Below are positions 16,206 through 25,218 of a DNA stretch of 47,825 nt, in pieces. Source of the DNA: a virus; IMG/VR virus record IMGVR_UViG_3300030399_000027; one strand, 5' to 3'. A program made the position numbers and the translations under genes. How positions within the stretch are numbered: the first letter of the stretch is position 1; each line of letters opens with the position of its first letter. The notes below the pieces were generated by a model. The model was given only the letters and a program-made list of their open reading frames with translations, searched no databases and was not told the DNA's origin.

Positions 16206-17774
16206 TTGCCCATTTATCAAGCTGGCGCACTGAATACCACGGCGCTTAGCGCGCCTGGTGTGTACCTTCAAATCCAACCGCCGCCCCTCATCATCAACGG
16301 CGTACCGTCCAACCTGCTCGGGCTCGTCGGTGTCGCTTCTTGGGGTCCGGTCAACGCGCCTACCCTAGTCGGCTCGCCGGGTGACGTGACGCAGTACATC
16401 GGCGCGAACACCGTCCGCAAGTACGACCTTGCGACCGCGTGCGAAGTCGCGTTCAAGTTTGGCGCAACGGCGATTCAGTATGTGCGCGTCACAGACAGCA
16501 CGGACACGGCCGCATCGCTCACGCTGAAAGACACCTTTTCGACGCCCGCAACTGGCGCGACGTTGACGGGCTTCTATACCGGAACAATCGGCAATACGAT
16601 CACTGCTGGCGTAGTCGCAGGCTCGGCGGCGAATACGTTCAAGCTGACAATCCAACGCCCAGGCGCTACAGCAGAAGTATTCGACAACATTCCAGGATCG
16701 TCCGCGTCTGTTTTCTGGCCCGCTCTCGTTAGCGCGGTGAACAACGGCCAAAGCTCGGGCCGTGGTCCGTCGCAAATGGTGGTCGCATCCATCGGCGTGG
16801 CAACTGCGCTTCCCAACATCGTGACCGTCTACACCGCGTCTGGTGGCCTCGACGGAGCTACGACGATGACTGACGCTCTGTTGGTCGGTACGGACGGCGT
16901 AGGGACCGCGAAAAAGGGCATGTACGCGCTTCGTGGAACCGGCTGTCAGGTCGGGACGCTGATCGATCACACAGATTCTACCGCCTGGGCTTCGATCCTC
17001 GCGTACGGCTTGTCTGAAGGCACGTACATGGGCGTGCAATCGCCCAACGGGTCGAATTACAGCGCCACGAGCACGCTGTTGAATACGGCGGGCGCTGACG
17101 GGTACGGAATCAAGACCTTCGTCGGCGACTGGATCACGTATTACGACAACACCAACGGGCAGAACCGAACGATTGCCCCGGCTACCGTTTGGGCGGCTCT
17201 GCAATCGGGTCTTTCGCCTGAACAGTCTTCGCTCAACAAACCGATGCTTGGGTTCGTCGGCACGCAGCGGGTAGCGCAGAAGCAGCCGTATAGCTCTGCT
17301 GAAATCGGCGCAATCAAAACCGCTCGTCTGGATGTGATCACCAACCCGTCGCCGGGCGGCAATTACTACGCGTGTCAAACCGGGGTCAATTCGTCCAGCA
17401 CGAACGGGCAGAACGGCGACACTTACACGCGGATGACGAATTACCTTGCGCTGACGCTCGCGTCTGCGTTCGGCACCGTCATTGGTAAGAACCAGACATC
17501 GGACCTTCGTTTGAGTGCTCAAAACGCGATGCAGGCGTTTTTGACCACGCTCTGGCGCGCGAAGATGATTGGCGATTCTAACAATTCGGCAAACGTCCCG
17601 TTCACCGTCGAAATCGACGCCGCGAACAATCCCGCCGCAGCGGTCGCGAATGGCTACATGACGGCGAACGTTGCCGTTAAGTTTTGGGCTGTCGTCTTCT
17701 ACTTCGTCATCAACCTGCAAGGCGGCCAAACGGTCGTTATTCAGTCCACGTCGAAGCCCAACACGGGCATTTAA
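16206..17774 (+). CDS. contractile tail sheath protein
   Basis: 522 aa. N-terminal ...LSAPGVYLQ... is sheath-like. TTG start with GGAGA 6 nt upstream. Followed by tube and chaperone genes. Confidence 0.85.
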   Translation: MPIYQAGALNTTALSAPGVYLQIQPPPLIINGVPSNLLGLVGVASWGPVNAPTLVGSPGDVTQYIGANTVRKYDLATACEVAFKFGATAIQYVRVTDSTDTAASLTLKDTFSTPATGATLTGFYTGTIGNTITAGVVAGSAANTFKLTIQRPGATAEVFDNIPGSSASVFWPALVSAVNNGQSSGRGPSQMVVASIGVATALPNIVTVYTASGGLDGATTMTDALLVGTDGVGTAKKGMYALRGTGCQVGTLIDHTDSTAWASILAYGLSEGTYMGVQSPNGSNYSATSTLLNTAGADGYGIKTFVGDWITYYDNTNGQNRTIAPATVWAALQSGLSPEQSSLNKPMLGFVGTQRVAQKQPYSSAEIGAIKTARLDVITNPSPGGNYYACQTGVNSSSTNGQNGDTYTRMTNYLALTLASAFGTVIGKNQTSDLRLSAQNAMQAFLTTLWRAKMIGDSNNSANVPFTVEIDAANNPAAAVANGYMTANVAVKFWAVVFYFVINLQGGQTVVIQSTSKPNTGI

Positions 17775-17795
17775 CACGCCAGCGTCACAGCAACT

Positions 17796-17822
17796 AGCCC
17801 GCCAATAGTGCGGGCTTTTTTG
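17796..17822 (+). terminator. Intrinsic terminator (GCCCGC family) after the sheath gene
   Basis: AGCCCGCcaatagtGCGGGCTTTTTTG. Confidence 0.7.
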
Positions 17823-17853
17823 CGTCCATGCAAAACGTACACGAGAGCAAAAC

Positions 17854-18285
17854 ATGCCTTTAAACGGCTTTACCGTTGGTCGCGACGTATCGACCAATAT
17901 CCAGACGCCTAGCGGCGCGCTGACGCTCGGCGGCCTCACCAAGTTCACGTCCAAGCCGGAAACGACCGACAAGAAAGTGAAGCTGCTGAACGGTCGCACG
18001 AAGCACCTGATTTTCCCCGATGGATGGGTCGGCTCATTCGAATGCGAGCGGCAAGACTCGACTATCGATGACTTCATTGCCGCGCAGGAAGCGAACTACT
18101 ACGCAGGGCAAAACCTGCTGCCTTCGACCATCACCGAAACCATCAACGAGGTTAGCGGTGCGGTCACTCAATACCAATACGTTGGCGTGATCTTCAAGCT
18201 TGAAGACGCTGGCGACTTCGCAGGCGATGAAACCGTTAAGCAAAAGCTGACGTTCATGGCTGAAACCCGTATCAAACTGGCCTAA
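17854..18285 (+). CDS. tail tube protein
   Basis: 143 aa directly after the sheath gene and before the frameshifted chaperone (synteny). Confidence 0.7.
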   Translation: MPLNGFTVGRDVSTNIQTPSGALTLGGLTKFTSKPETTDKKVKLLNGRTKHLIFPDGWVGSFECERQDSTIDDFIAAQEANYYAGQNLLPSTITETINEVSGAVTQYQYVGVIFKLEDAGDFAGDETVKQKLTFMAETRIKLA

Positions 18286-18287
18286 AC

Positions 18288-18680
18288 ATGACGACTCTTA
18301 ACGTCCGCAGCAACAAGAAGCAAACCGCCGAAACGCCGTCTGAACAGCTTATCAAAAAGGCTGATTCCGCCGTAACTATCGACACGCCGAACGGCTTCAA
18401 AGTCACGCTGAAGAAACCGGGCGTTTTGAGTCAGTTCCGGCTTGTGAAGATGCTTGGCGACGCGGCAAAAAATCAAGTGTATGTCGGCATGATGTTGCCA
18501 ATGACATACGTGTCTGAAATCGACGGTCGCGCGATTGCATACCCGAACAGCGAGCGCGAACTCGAAGCGCTGATTACACGCCTCGATGAAGAAGGCGTCA
18601 ATGCCGTGATGAACGGCGTAGCGCAACATTTCGGCGGCCAAGCCGACCCGGAAGCGGCGAAGGCTGACATAAAAAACTAG
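18288..18680 (+). CDS. tail assembly chaperone, short (G-like) product
   Basis: 130 aa. Ends 1 codon after an A_AAA_AAC slippery heptamer. Position tube, chaperone, tape measure. Confidence 0.75.
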   Translation: MTTLNVRSNKKQTAETPSEQLIKKADSAVTIDTPNGFKVTLKKPGVLSQFRLVKMLGDAAKNQVYVGMMLPMTYVSEIDGRAIAYPNSERELEALITRLDEEGVNAVMNGVAQHFGGQADPEAAKADIKN

Positions 18681-18844
18681 CGCGCTCTGTTCCGGTTAGC
18701 GAAGCGCTTTGGCTCGTTCGAAATGGCGTGCCGTTCGATGTCGCGTTCGCATTAGATGACGTGACACGAGCGGCATTCGCTATCAAGTTTTCCGAGTTTG
18801 AAGGCCACAAGTTTGATTACTCGAAAATGGAATTTAAAGAATGA
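18288..18844 (+). CDS. tail assembly chaperone, -1 frameshift (GT-like) product
   Basis: From 18677 the -1 frame is open for 55 codons (LARSVPVSEALWLVRNGVPFDV...) to TGA 18842-18844, overlapping the next ATG. Confidence 0.65.
18671..18677 (+). promoter_or_regulatory. Programmed -1 ribosomal frameshift slippery site A_AAA_AAC
   Basis: The heptamer is in the correct zero-frame register (at-A AAA AAC-tag). Confidence 0.65.
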
Positions 18845-19341
18845 TCGGAACACGGACATTCACGAGCATGAACGCTTTCGCGTCTCACCTACTCGCGCGT
18901 CAAGCGCTGGTAGTTGTTGAGCTGAGAACAGGGCTTAAATTCGTTACGACTGCCATTAAAGATACCGCCCAGGCAGAGCTAGGCCACTACCAAGCTGCGG
19001 TCGGGCCGTTTGAGGCATGGAAGGAATTGGCGGACGCGACGAAAGAGGACCGCGTGCGTCAGGGCTTCACAGAGAACGACCCGCTGTTGCGCAGTGGCGC
19101 GCTGAAAGAGTCTGTAGCTGATGAAGTGGTGGGATTAGACGGCTATGTAGGGTCCGACAAGGACGAAGCCGTATGGATGGAGCTAGGAACCGACAAAGCC
19201 CCGCCACGGGCTTACCTTGGGCCTGCTGTGATCCATAACGAAGACCTCATCAAGGAAGTGCTAGGCGCGGCGCTCGTTACCGGGATTCTCGGATCGGGAG
19301 TTAAGTCAATCACGACCATGACATCGAAGCTGATCAAGTAA
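18841..19341 (+). CDS. HK97 gp10-family-like virion protein
   Basis: ...RSGALKESV...VGSDKDEAVWMELGT...PPRAYLGPA resembles the G.L..SI...vGs...Y...vE.GT...P.pfl.pA pattern. Unusual position between the chaperone and the tape measure gene. Confidence 0.5.
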   Translation: MIGTRTFTSMNAFASHLLARQALVVVELRTGLKFVTTAIKDTAQAELGHYQAAVGPFEAWKELADATKEDRVRQGFTENDPLLRSGALKESVADEVVGLDGYVGSDKDEAVWMELGTDKAPPRAYLGPAVIHNEDLIKEVLGAALVTGILGSGVKSITTMTSKLIK

Positions 19342-19567
19342 TCGCGCGGAACACTCGCAGCAGGATATAGAGCGCGGGCAAGCCGATCACGAGCACGAAG
19401 AAGCAAAGTATTGACCGCCCCGCGATGCTCGCCACTTTCAAGGCCTGCTCTTTTCGCAGGGGCGAAAGTGTGCGCGATTGCACATTCAGCGGGCGGATAT
19501 TCGGATATTGCACAAACTCGAAATGATCGGCCGCCCACTCATGGAACTTGAAAAGGTAGTTTTTCAT
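19334..19567 (-). CDS. hypothetical membrane protein, 77 aa (C-terminal TM)
   Basis: Track ORF 19334..19594 trimmed to ATG 19567. It is the only ORF in the 270-bp gap. Weak support. Confidence 0.3.
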   Translation of the reverse strand: MKNYLFKFHEWAADHFEFVQYPNIRPLNVQSRTLSPLRKEQALKVASIAGRSILCFFVLVIGLPALYILLRVFRAIT

Positions 19568-19612
19568 AAGCCCAAAACGGTAGTAAAATGCCACTTCTAC
19601 ATCGGAGCGGCT

Positions 19613-20269
19613 ATGTTTGAAAGCAAAAAGGGTGTGCCGGGAATCTACGCGATTGTAAACCTGAAAGACGGAAAGCGATACGTCGGATCGGCGGTTTGCC
19701 TAGGGACGCGTGCTAGGGCGCACGAAAATCAGCTTGCGGGCAATCGCCACTTCAATAGGCGATTACAAGGCGCATGGAATCGCGACGGAGCCGATTCGTT
19801 CCGTTTCGATGTTATCGAAGTGGTAGGAAGCACGTCCGAATTGATCGCAGCAGAACAGCGCCATATAGATGCCGCTGCCGCGAACAGATACAACCTTCGA
19901 CCGAAGGCAGAATCCAATTTAGGGATTCGATGGAGCGATGAGTTCAAGGCAAAGATTAGTGCGGGGCTGACTGGGAAAGTCCATAGCGAAGAAACCAAGC
20001 GGCGCATGAGCGCATCGCACAAGGGAAAAATTCGCTCAGCCGAGCACACAGAAAAGATCATTGCAACGAAACGCGGCGTCCCACGCCCTGCTCACGTAAT
20101 TAAGGCGTCTTCCGATTTTTTAAGGAAATTCACCGATGCTCAAGTGATTGAGATAAGGGCCTTGCGCGCACTTGGAAAGACATACCGCGTTATAGCGGAG
20201 CAATACAACTGCTCACAATCAACAATCCTCTTTGTTGTCAAAGGAAAGGGGGTTTGCTACTCGGGGTGA
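19613..20269 (+). CDS. GIY-YIG homing endonuclease (I-TevI-like, with NUMOD3-type repeats and a C-terminal HTH)
   Basis: GIYAIVN...KRYVGSA...R...H GIY-YIG core. Repeated G(K).HSEETKRRMSASHKGK motifs. Free-standing between tail genes. Confidence 0.85.
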   Translation: MFESKKGVPGIYAIVNLKDGKRYVGSAVCLGTRARAHENQLAGNRHFNRRLQGAWNRDGADSFRFDVIEVVGSTSELIAAEQRHIDAAAANRYNLRPKAESNLGIRWSDEFKAKISAGLTGKVHSEETKRRMSASHKGKIRSAEHTEKIIATKRGVPRPAHVIKASSDFLRKFTDAQVIEIRALRALGKTYRVIAEQYNCSQSTILFVVKGKGVCYSG

Positions 20270-22097
20270 TATTATCTTTGAGGCATTTCGCATAGGCGTA
20301 AAATTAAGCCTTGTCAATGAAGTATCGCATGGTTTGATTGCGATGGCGAAGGATTTTAATAAGGCGGAATACGCCGCCGATTCTCTGCGCTCGAAAATCG
20401 GCAAGATGGGCACTGCAACAAAATTCGCATTCGGTGGCGCTATCGCTATGGGCGCGGGCGCTGCAATCCTGATGTCGATGAAGCCCGCCATTGATGCGGC
20501 GAAAAAGTGGGAAACCGCCAAGGCAAATTTCAGCCTTTTCGGCATGGACGCAGCGCAGAACAACGAAGCGTTCAAGTTTGCACAGAACATGAGCATCGTA
20601 GGCTCTACCTACGTTGACAACCTGCACAAGATGACGGAAGCGCAAGGCGCTTTCCGTGAGTCGGGCCTGAAGGGTGACGAAGCATTGGCGGGCGCGAAGC
20701 TCGCAGCGCCGATGCTGGCTCGCTTGGCTGTCACGGCCAAGGCAGGCGGACACGAAATGTCCGAGAACGACGATAAGAACCTCATCCGCGCTATCGAAAT
20801 GTCGGGCGGCCTGAAGGACGCCAAAACGTTCAACAGTCGCGCGGACGCAATTTATAAGCTTGTCGGCTCGTCGGGCGGGCAGGTGCATTACGAAGACGTG
20901 CGCGCGTTCTATGCGCGAGGCGGCGTTTCGGCAAAGGGATTGACCGAAGACGCGCTTATGAAGTTTGAGCCGCTTATGGGTGAAATGAAGGGCACATCGG
21001 CCGGTACGGCGTTGATGACTTCGTTTAACCGCTTGAACGGTATCGTCAAGCTTCCTAACCAAATCACGCACGAACTCGTGAACGCTGGTTTGTGGAACGG
21101 CAAAAACATCGAGTGGAACAATCAGGGCGGCGTTAAAAACATCAAGTCTGAGGGCCTGCTGAAAGGCGCTGATCTGCTTCAGTCTGACCCGGTGAAGTGG
21201 GAGAAAGAAATTCTAGAGCCCATGTACGCAAAAATGGGCTTGACCACGCAGAACCAAAAGAACATCGAGAACGCGCGTTTGTTCGGGCGCACTGGCGGCA
21301 CGCTGTTTTCTCTCATGCAGCAGCAAGCGCCAGCAATCGAGCGTTCGCCGGAAGCGATCAAGAAGCGCCTTGGCGTCAATGACTCATACGCTGACTTGCA
21401 GAAGACCACGCAAGGCCAAGAGAACGCAGTCGCGGCGAACTGGCAAAACATTCTGACTAACCTCGGCACTGCAATTTTGCCGAACGTCAATGCGGGGCTG
21501 ACGACATTCAACGGCATCCTTACCAAAATTGCCGACTTCACGCGCGACAACCCCGGATTTGTGAAGTTCGCGATGTATATCCCACTTATCACCGCCGGAA
21601 TTCTGATCGTAAGCGGCGCTATCGCTATGTTGGTCGCGGCATTCATATTTATCGGCGCTCCGATCCTTCTGGCTGTAACGGCGGTGACATTGCTAGGCAC
21701 TGCGCTTGTGTGGATTTTCAATCTAATCGATTGGGACGAAGCAGGCCGAGAAATGCGGGCAGGATGGCAAGCCATCAAGGATGGATTTTCTAGTTTCTTT
21801 GGATGGCTCGGCGGCCTATGGTCGCATCGTCCTACGTGGATGGGCGGCGATGGCGGAACTGCGCCCGCTGTACCCGGCGATAAGCCTAGCAGCAACGATG
21901 CGCCTAAAACGCCAAACATCCGAACTGCTAGCGACAAGAAGGCCACGGTCGTAGCTAGCCTGTACCTGACGAAAGACGGTCGCGAAGCTCTCGCAGAATC
22001 GACGGCGCAGCACATCGCAACGGAAGGTTCAAAGGGCACTGGCTCGGGCAACTTCGATCACGGTATGACAATGGGTACTCCGGGGATGGGCTTCTAA
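20232..22097 (+). CDS. tail tape measure protein (start uncertain; the 5' end overlaps the endonuclease gene)
   Basis: 621 aa. Central TM stretch IPLITAGILIVSGAIAMLVAAFIFIGAPILLAVTAVTLLGTALVWIF. Position downstream of the chaperone. Confidence 0.85.
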   Translation: MLSKERGFATRGDIIFEAFRIGVKLSLVNEVSHGLIAMAKDFNKAEYAADSLRSKIGKMGTATKFAFGGAIAMGAGAAILMSMKPAIDAAKKWETAKANFSLFGMDAAQNNEAFKFAQNMSIVGSTYVDNLHKMTEAQGAFRESGLKGDEALAGAKLAAPMLARLAVTAKAGGHEMSENDDKNLIRAIEMSGGLKDAKTFNSRADAIYKLVGSSGGQVHYEDVRAFYARGGVSAKGLTEDALMKFEPLMGEMKGTSAGTALMTSFNRLNGIVKLPNQITHELVNAGLWNGKNIEWNNQGGVKNIKSEGLLKGADLLQSDPVKWEKEILEPMYAKMGLTTQNQKNIENARLFGRTGGTLFSLMQQQAPAIERSPEAIKKRLGVNDSYADLQKTTQGQENAVAANWQNILTNLGTAILPNVNAGLTTFNGILTKIADFTRDNPGFVKFAMYIPLITAGILIVSGAIAMLVAAFIFIGAPILLAVTAVTLLGTALVWIFNLIDWDEAGREMRAGWQAIKDGFSSFFGWLGGLWSHRPTWMGGDGGTAPAVPGDKPSSNDAPKTPNIRTASDKKATVVASLYLTKDGREALAESTAQHIATEGSKGTGSGNFDHGMTMGTPGMGF

Positions 22098-23059
22098 TGT
22101 CTGATGTCGAATTAATCCTTGGTGATGTCACTTTCGCGGAAGAGGAAATACCGGAACACATCGCTGTTAAAACCGGTCACAAGGCAATCGTGACCAAGTT
22201 CGTAGGCGGCAAGCGCGACGTTCAAATGCTCGGCGCGGATCACGAGCCTATCGCGTGGTCTGCATGGTTGACGGGAGACAACGCGCTGCAACGCGCGCAG
22301 ACCTTGAAAGCTATGAACGATGCGGGTCTCCCCCTCATTTTGTCGTGGTCAGAATATCTGTATCAGGTCGTGATTATCGAATTCGAGGCTGATTTCGAGC
22401 GCGAGTATCAAATCCCGTATCAGATAAAGATGGAAGTCGTTCAAGACTTGACCGCTCCGCTAAACGGCGATGCCGGTTCATCGATTGATGATCTGATCGG
22501 CGGCGACATGAACACGTGCACGGCTCTTTCATCCAGCATTGGCAACACGGGCGTTTCTTCGTCTATGTCTTCGCTGTCATCGGCCATCAGCGCCGTTTCT
22601 AGTTTTGCGTCTGCGACCAAGGCGCAGATAACGGCGGTTCTTACGCCTATTGCGCAGGCACGCGCCCAAGTTCAAACGCTCATCGCATCTACCGAAAACA
22701 CGCTGCAAAGCATTACGACGCTCGGCGGTGTTCTGCCGAATAACCCGCTGGCTACGAACGTCGCGAAGCTAACGAGCCAGGTCAACGCAATGACGAATCA
22801 GACCAACTTGGTGCAACTCGATAGCGTGCTCGGGCGCATGGGCGTGAATGTCGGTCAAATCGGGTCGGGTGTTAAATCAATTCAAACGATGGGCGGATCG
22901 TTGTTCGATCTTGCCTCAAAGTATTACGGTCAAGTCGCTGGTTGGGTTGGAATATCAAACGCGAATCCTCAGCTTAAGGGCGACACAAATATCAACGGTC
23001 CTCAGACTGTTGTTATCCCTCCCTATGACCCACTTCTAAACGGGACAACTATTGTCTAA
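22097..23059 (+). CDS. tail/baseplate protein with a C-terminal LysM-like domain (Mu gp43 / P2 gpX position)
   Basis: 320 aa. C-terminal ...LFDLASKYYGQVAGWVGISNANPQL... is LysM-like. Synteny after the tape measure gene. Confidence 0.6.
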   Translation: MSDVELILGDVTFAEEEIPEHIAVKTGHKAIVTKFVGGKRDVQMLGADHEPIAWSAWLTGDNALQRAQTLKAMNDAGLPLILSWSEYLYQVVIIEFEADFEREYQIPYQIKMEVVQDLTAPLNGDAGSSIDDLIGGDMNTCTALSSSIGNTGVSSSMSSLSSAISAVSSFASATKAQITAVLTPIAQARAQVQTLIASTENTLQSITTLGGVLPNNPLATNVAKLTSQVNAMTNQTNLVQLDSVLGRMGVNVGQIGSGVKSIQTMGGSLFDLASKYYGQVAGWVGISNANPQLKGDTNINGPQTVVIPPYDPLLNGTTIV

Positions 23060-24164
23060 CTCCACCGCATACGCGGTGCGGGGCGCTGTTAAGTTAAATG
23101 GTCAGGTAATCCAAGGTTGGTCCGCGTTCGATGTGAACAACAATTCATATTCGAGTGCGGACACTTTCACGTGCACGTTCCTTGCCAACAAGCTTCCTCC
23201 CGCACAAAACGCCGACTGGTTTTCAAGCCAGAAAGACGCATATGTTGAACTGTTCGTCGGAACCCCGGCAAATCCTCTTAAATGGACCGCTACCGAGTTG
23301 CCAAGCTGGATTTATGGGCAGGTAGATCATATCGATTACGAGCCCTGCTCGGGAACAATTAGCGTGTCTGGCCGCGACCTAACGCGCCTGCTGATTGACG
23401 CTAAGACTACCGAGAAGTGGCAAAACAAAACCGCCTCGCAAATTGCAACAATCCTAGCGCAGCGGCACGGCCTAACCGCGCAAGTCGTCGCGACCAAAAC
23501 GCAAGTAGGAAAGTATTACGAGATTGATCACGAGCAAATGCATGATGCTCGCACCGAGTGGGACTTGCTCACTCATCTTGCGCGAATTGAACAGTTTGAT
23601 GTTCATGTGCGCGGTCAGACCTTGTTTTTCCAGCCCAAGGCATCATCCACCGCCGCCCCGTATCCGGTTATATGGACGCCGCCCGACGAATCGACAGGGT
23701 TCCCGACATGCAGCGTTCTTGACCTAAAGCTAGGTCGTGCTCTCACCGTATCTCGTGGGATCGTCGTCACCGTTCGCTCTTGGAACGACGCGGCGCAAAA
23801 GGTCTTTACCGCAAGCTATCCGCCGAACGCTGCCAAGCAAATCAAACCCGGCTCGGCCACGTTGCCGGGGAACGCGACGCAATATTTTTACAACATCGCA
23901 AACCTGACGCAGCAAGCGGTCGTTCAGCGCGCATATGCACAGTACCAAGACCTAATTCAGCACGAAATGACCGCTTCGTTTTCCATTCCTGGAACGAGTG
24001 CCTTGGATGTTCCTGGGACCATCAATCTTAGCGGAACAGGGACTAAGTGGGATCAGCCCTATTACCCCGACTCCATCAAACGCAAGCTCAGTTTCGCCAG
24101 CGGCTACACGATGGAAGTAAGCGCGAAAAACCATAGCCCTGATTCGGAGGAAACAACGGCATGA
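23052..24164 (+). CDS. baseplate hub protein (late control gene D / Mu gp44-like)
   Basis: 370 aa. Position between the LysM protein and the spike gene. Confidence 0.6.
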   Translation: MSNSTAYAVRGAVKLNGQVIQGWSAFDVNNNSYSSADTFTCTFLANKLPPAQNADWFSSQKDAYVELFVGTPANPLKWTATELPSWIYGQVDHIDYEPCSGTISVSGRDLTRLLIDAKTTEKWQNKTASQIATILAQRHGLTAQVVATKTQVGKYYEIDHEQMHDARTEWDLLTHLARIEQFDVHVRGQTLFFQPKASSTAAPYPVIWTPPDESTGFPTCSVLDLKLGRALTVSRGIVVTVRSWNDAAQKVFTASYPPNAAKQIKPGSATLPGNATQYFYNIANLTQQAVVQRAYAQYQDLIQHEMTASFSIPGTSALDVPGTINLSGTGTKWDQPYYPDSIKRKLSFASGYTMEVSAKNHSPDSEETTA

Positions 24165-24820
24165 GCCGCGCTATCGATCAGCTAACGAACAACATGCGGC
24201 AACAAGCGGAATTGTCCGCTCGCTCAGTCGCCAAGCCACGAACCGGAATCATTACCTCATACGACCCAACGAAACACGCCGTCAAGGTCACGCTTCAGCC
24301 TGAAGGCGAGGAAGTAGCAGGCTGGGTTCCGCTGGGTGCTGTAGGGGTCGGCAATGGCTTTGGCGTGCTATCCGCGCCGAACCTTGGCGATATGGTTCAA
24401 GTGACGTTCAGCGAGGGCGACATTAAAGCCCCGCGCATCACGGGTCGATTCTTCTCTAACGTCAACATGCCCCCGGCTGTTCCCGCTGGCGAAACTTGGA
24501 TCGTTCACGCGTCAGGATCGATTCTGAAGTTCCACAACGATGGAACGGTCGAATTGACGGCGGCTTCTACGATCACCTACAACGCGACTCAGCACCATTT
24601 CATCGGCCCCGTCCAACTCGATAGCACGCTCAACGTGAATCAGAAAATATCTGGCGAAGGCGGAATGACGATTAGCGGAGACAACGGGACCGGGAACGCA
24701 TCCTCAGTAACAGGCAATACGAACTTTCTTGGTCAAGTGTCCGCTAACGGGCATCGAATCGATGATTCACATAAGCACGTTAATTCTGGCGGCTCCGGCC
24801 TTGGTGGTGTTCCTCAATGA
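24161..24820 (+). CDS. baseplate central spike (gpV / Mu gp45 family)
   Basis: GDMVQVTFSEGDIKAPRITGRFF OB-fold-like motif typical of gpV. Synteny. Confidence 0.7.
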   Translation: MSRAIDQLTNNMRQQAELSARSVAKPRTGIITSYDPTKHAVKVTLQPEGEEVAGWVPLGAVGVGNGFGVLSAPNLGDMVQVTFSEGDIKAPRITGRFFSNVNMPPAVPAGETWIVHASGSILKFHNDGTVELTAASTITYNATQHHFIGPVQLDSTLNVNQKISGEGGMTISGDNGTGNASSVTGNTNFLGQVSANGHRIDDSHKHVNSGGSGLGGVPQ

Positions 24821-25218
24821 CCGATCTTTATCACTTTTGGGGGAATGACCTAACCGCCTCACCCTCTGGCGATCTGGCGACGGCTGACGACAGCGAAACA
24901 ACGCTGCAGCAGATATTGCGCGCGTTGATGACAAACCCGGCTCTGAACGATTCGGCCGGGAATCCTATCGCGTCGGCCGACTATTCTGACCATCCGACAT
25001 TTGGCGCTGGCTTGCCGCGCCGGATCGGTTCAAACCTGAATGTCGGCGTCATTCGCGGCCTTGTCCGCTCCGTGGTTCTTTCGTTCCCGGCTGTGTCTCG
25101 CTCACCGGCTCCCGTCATCGACGTATCACCGTTCAACGATGGCGCGACTATCAACATTCAGTATGTCAATCTCGTAACGGGAGTGACTGACACACTATCA
25201 TTTGACATCAACCAATGA
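24817..25218 (+). CDS. baseplate wedge protein (gpW/gp25 or Mu gp46-like)
   Basis: 133 aa between the spike and the J-like gene. Confidence 0.55.
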   Translation: MTDLYHFWGNDLTASPSGDLATADDSETTLQQILRALMTNPALNDSAGNPIASADYSDHPTFGAGLPRRIGSNLNVGVIRGLVRSVVLSFPAVSRSPAPVIDVSPFNDGATINIQYVNLVTGVTDTLSFDINQ

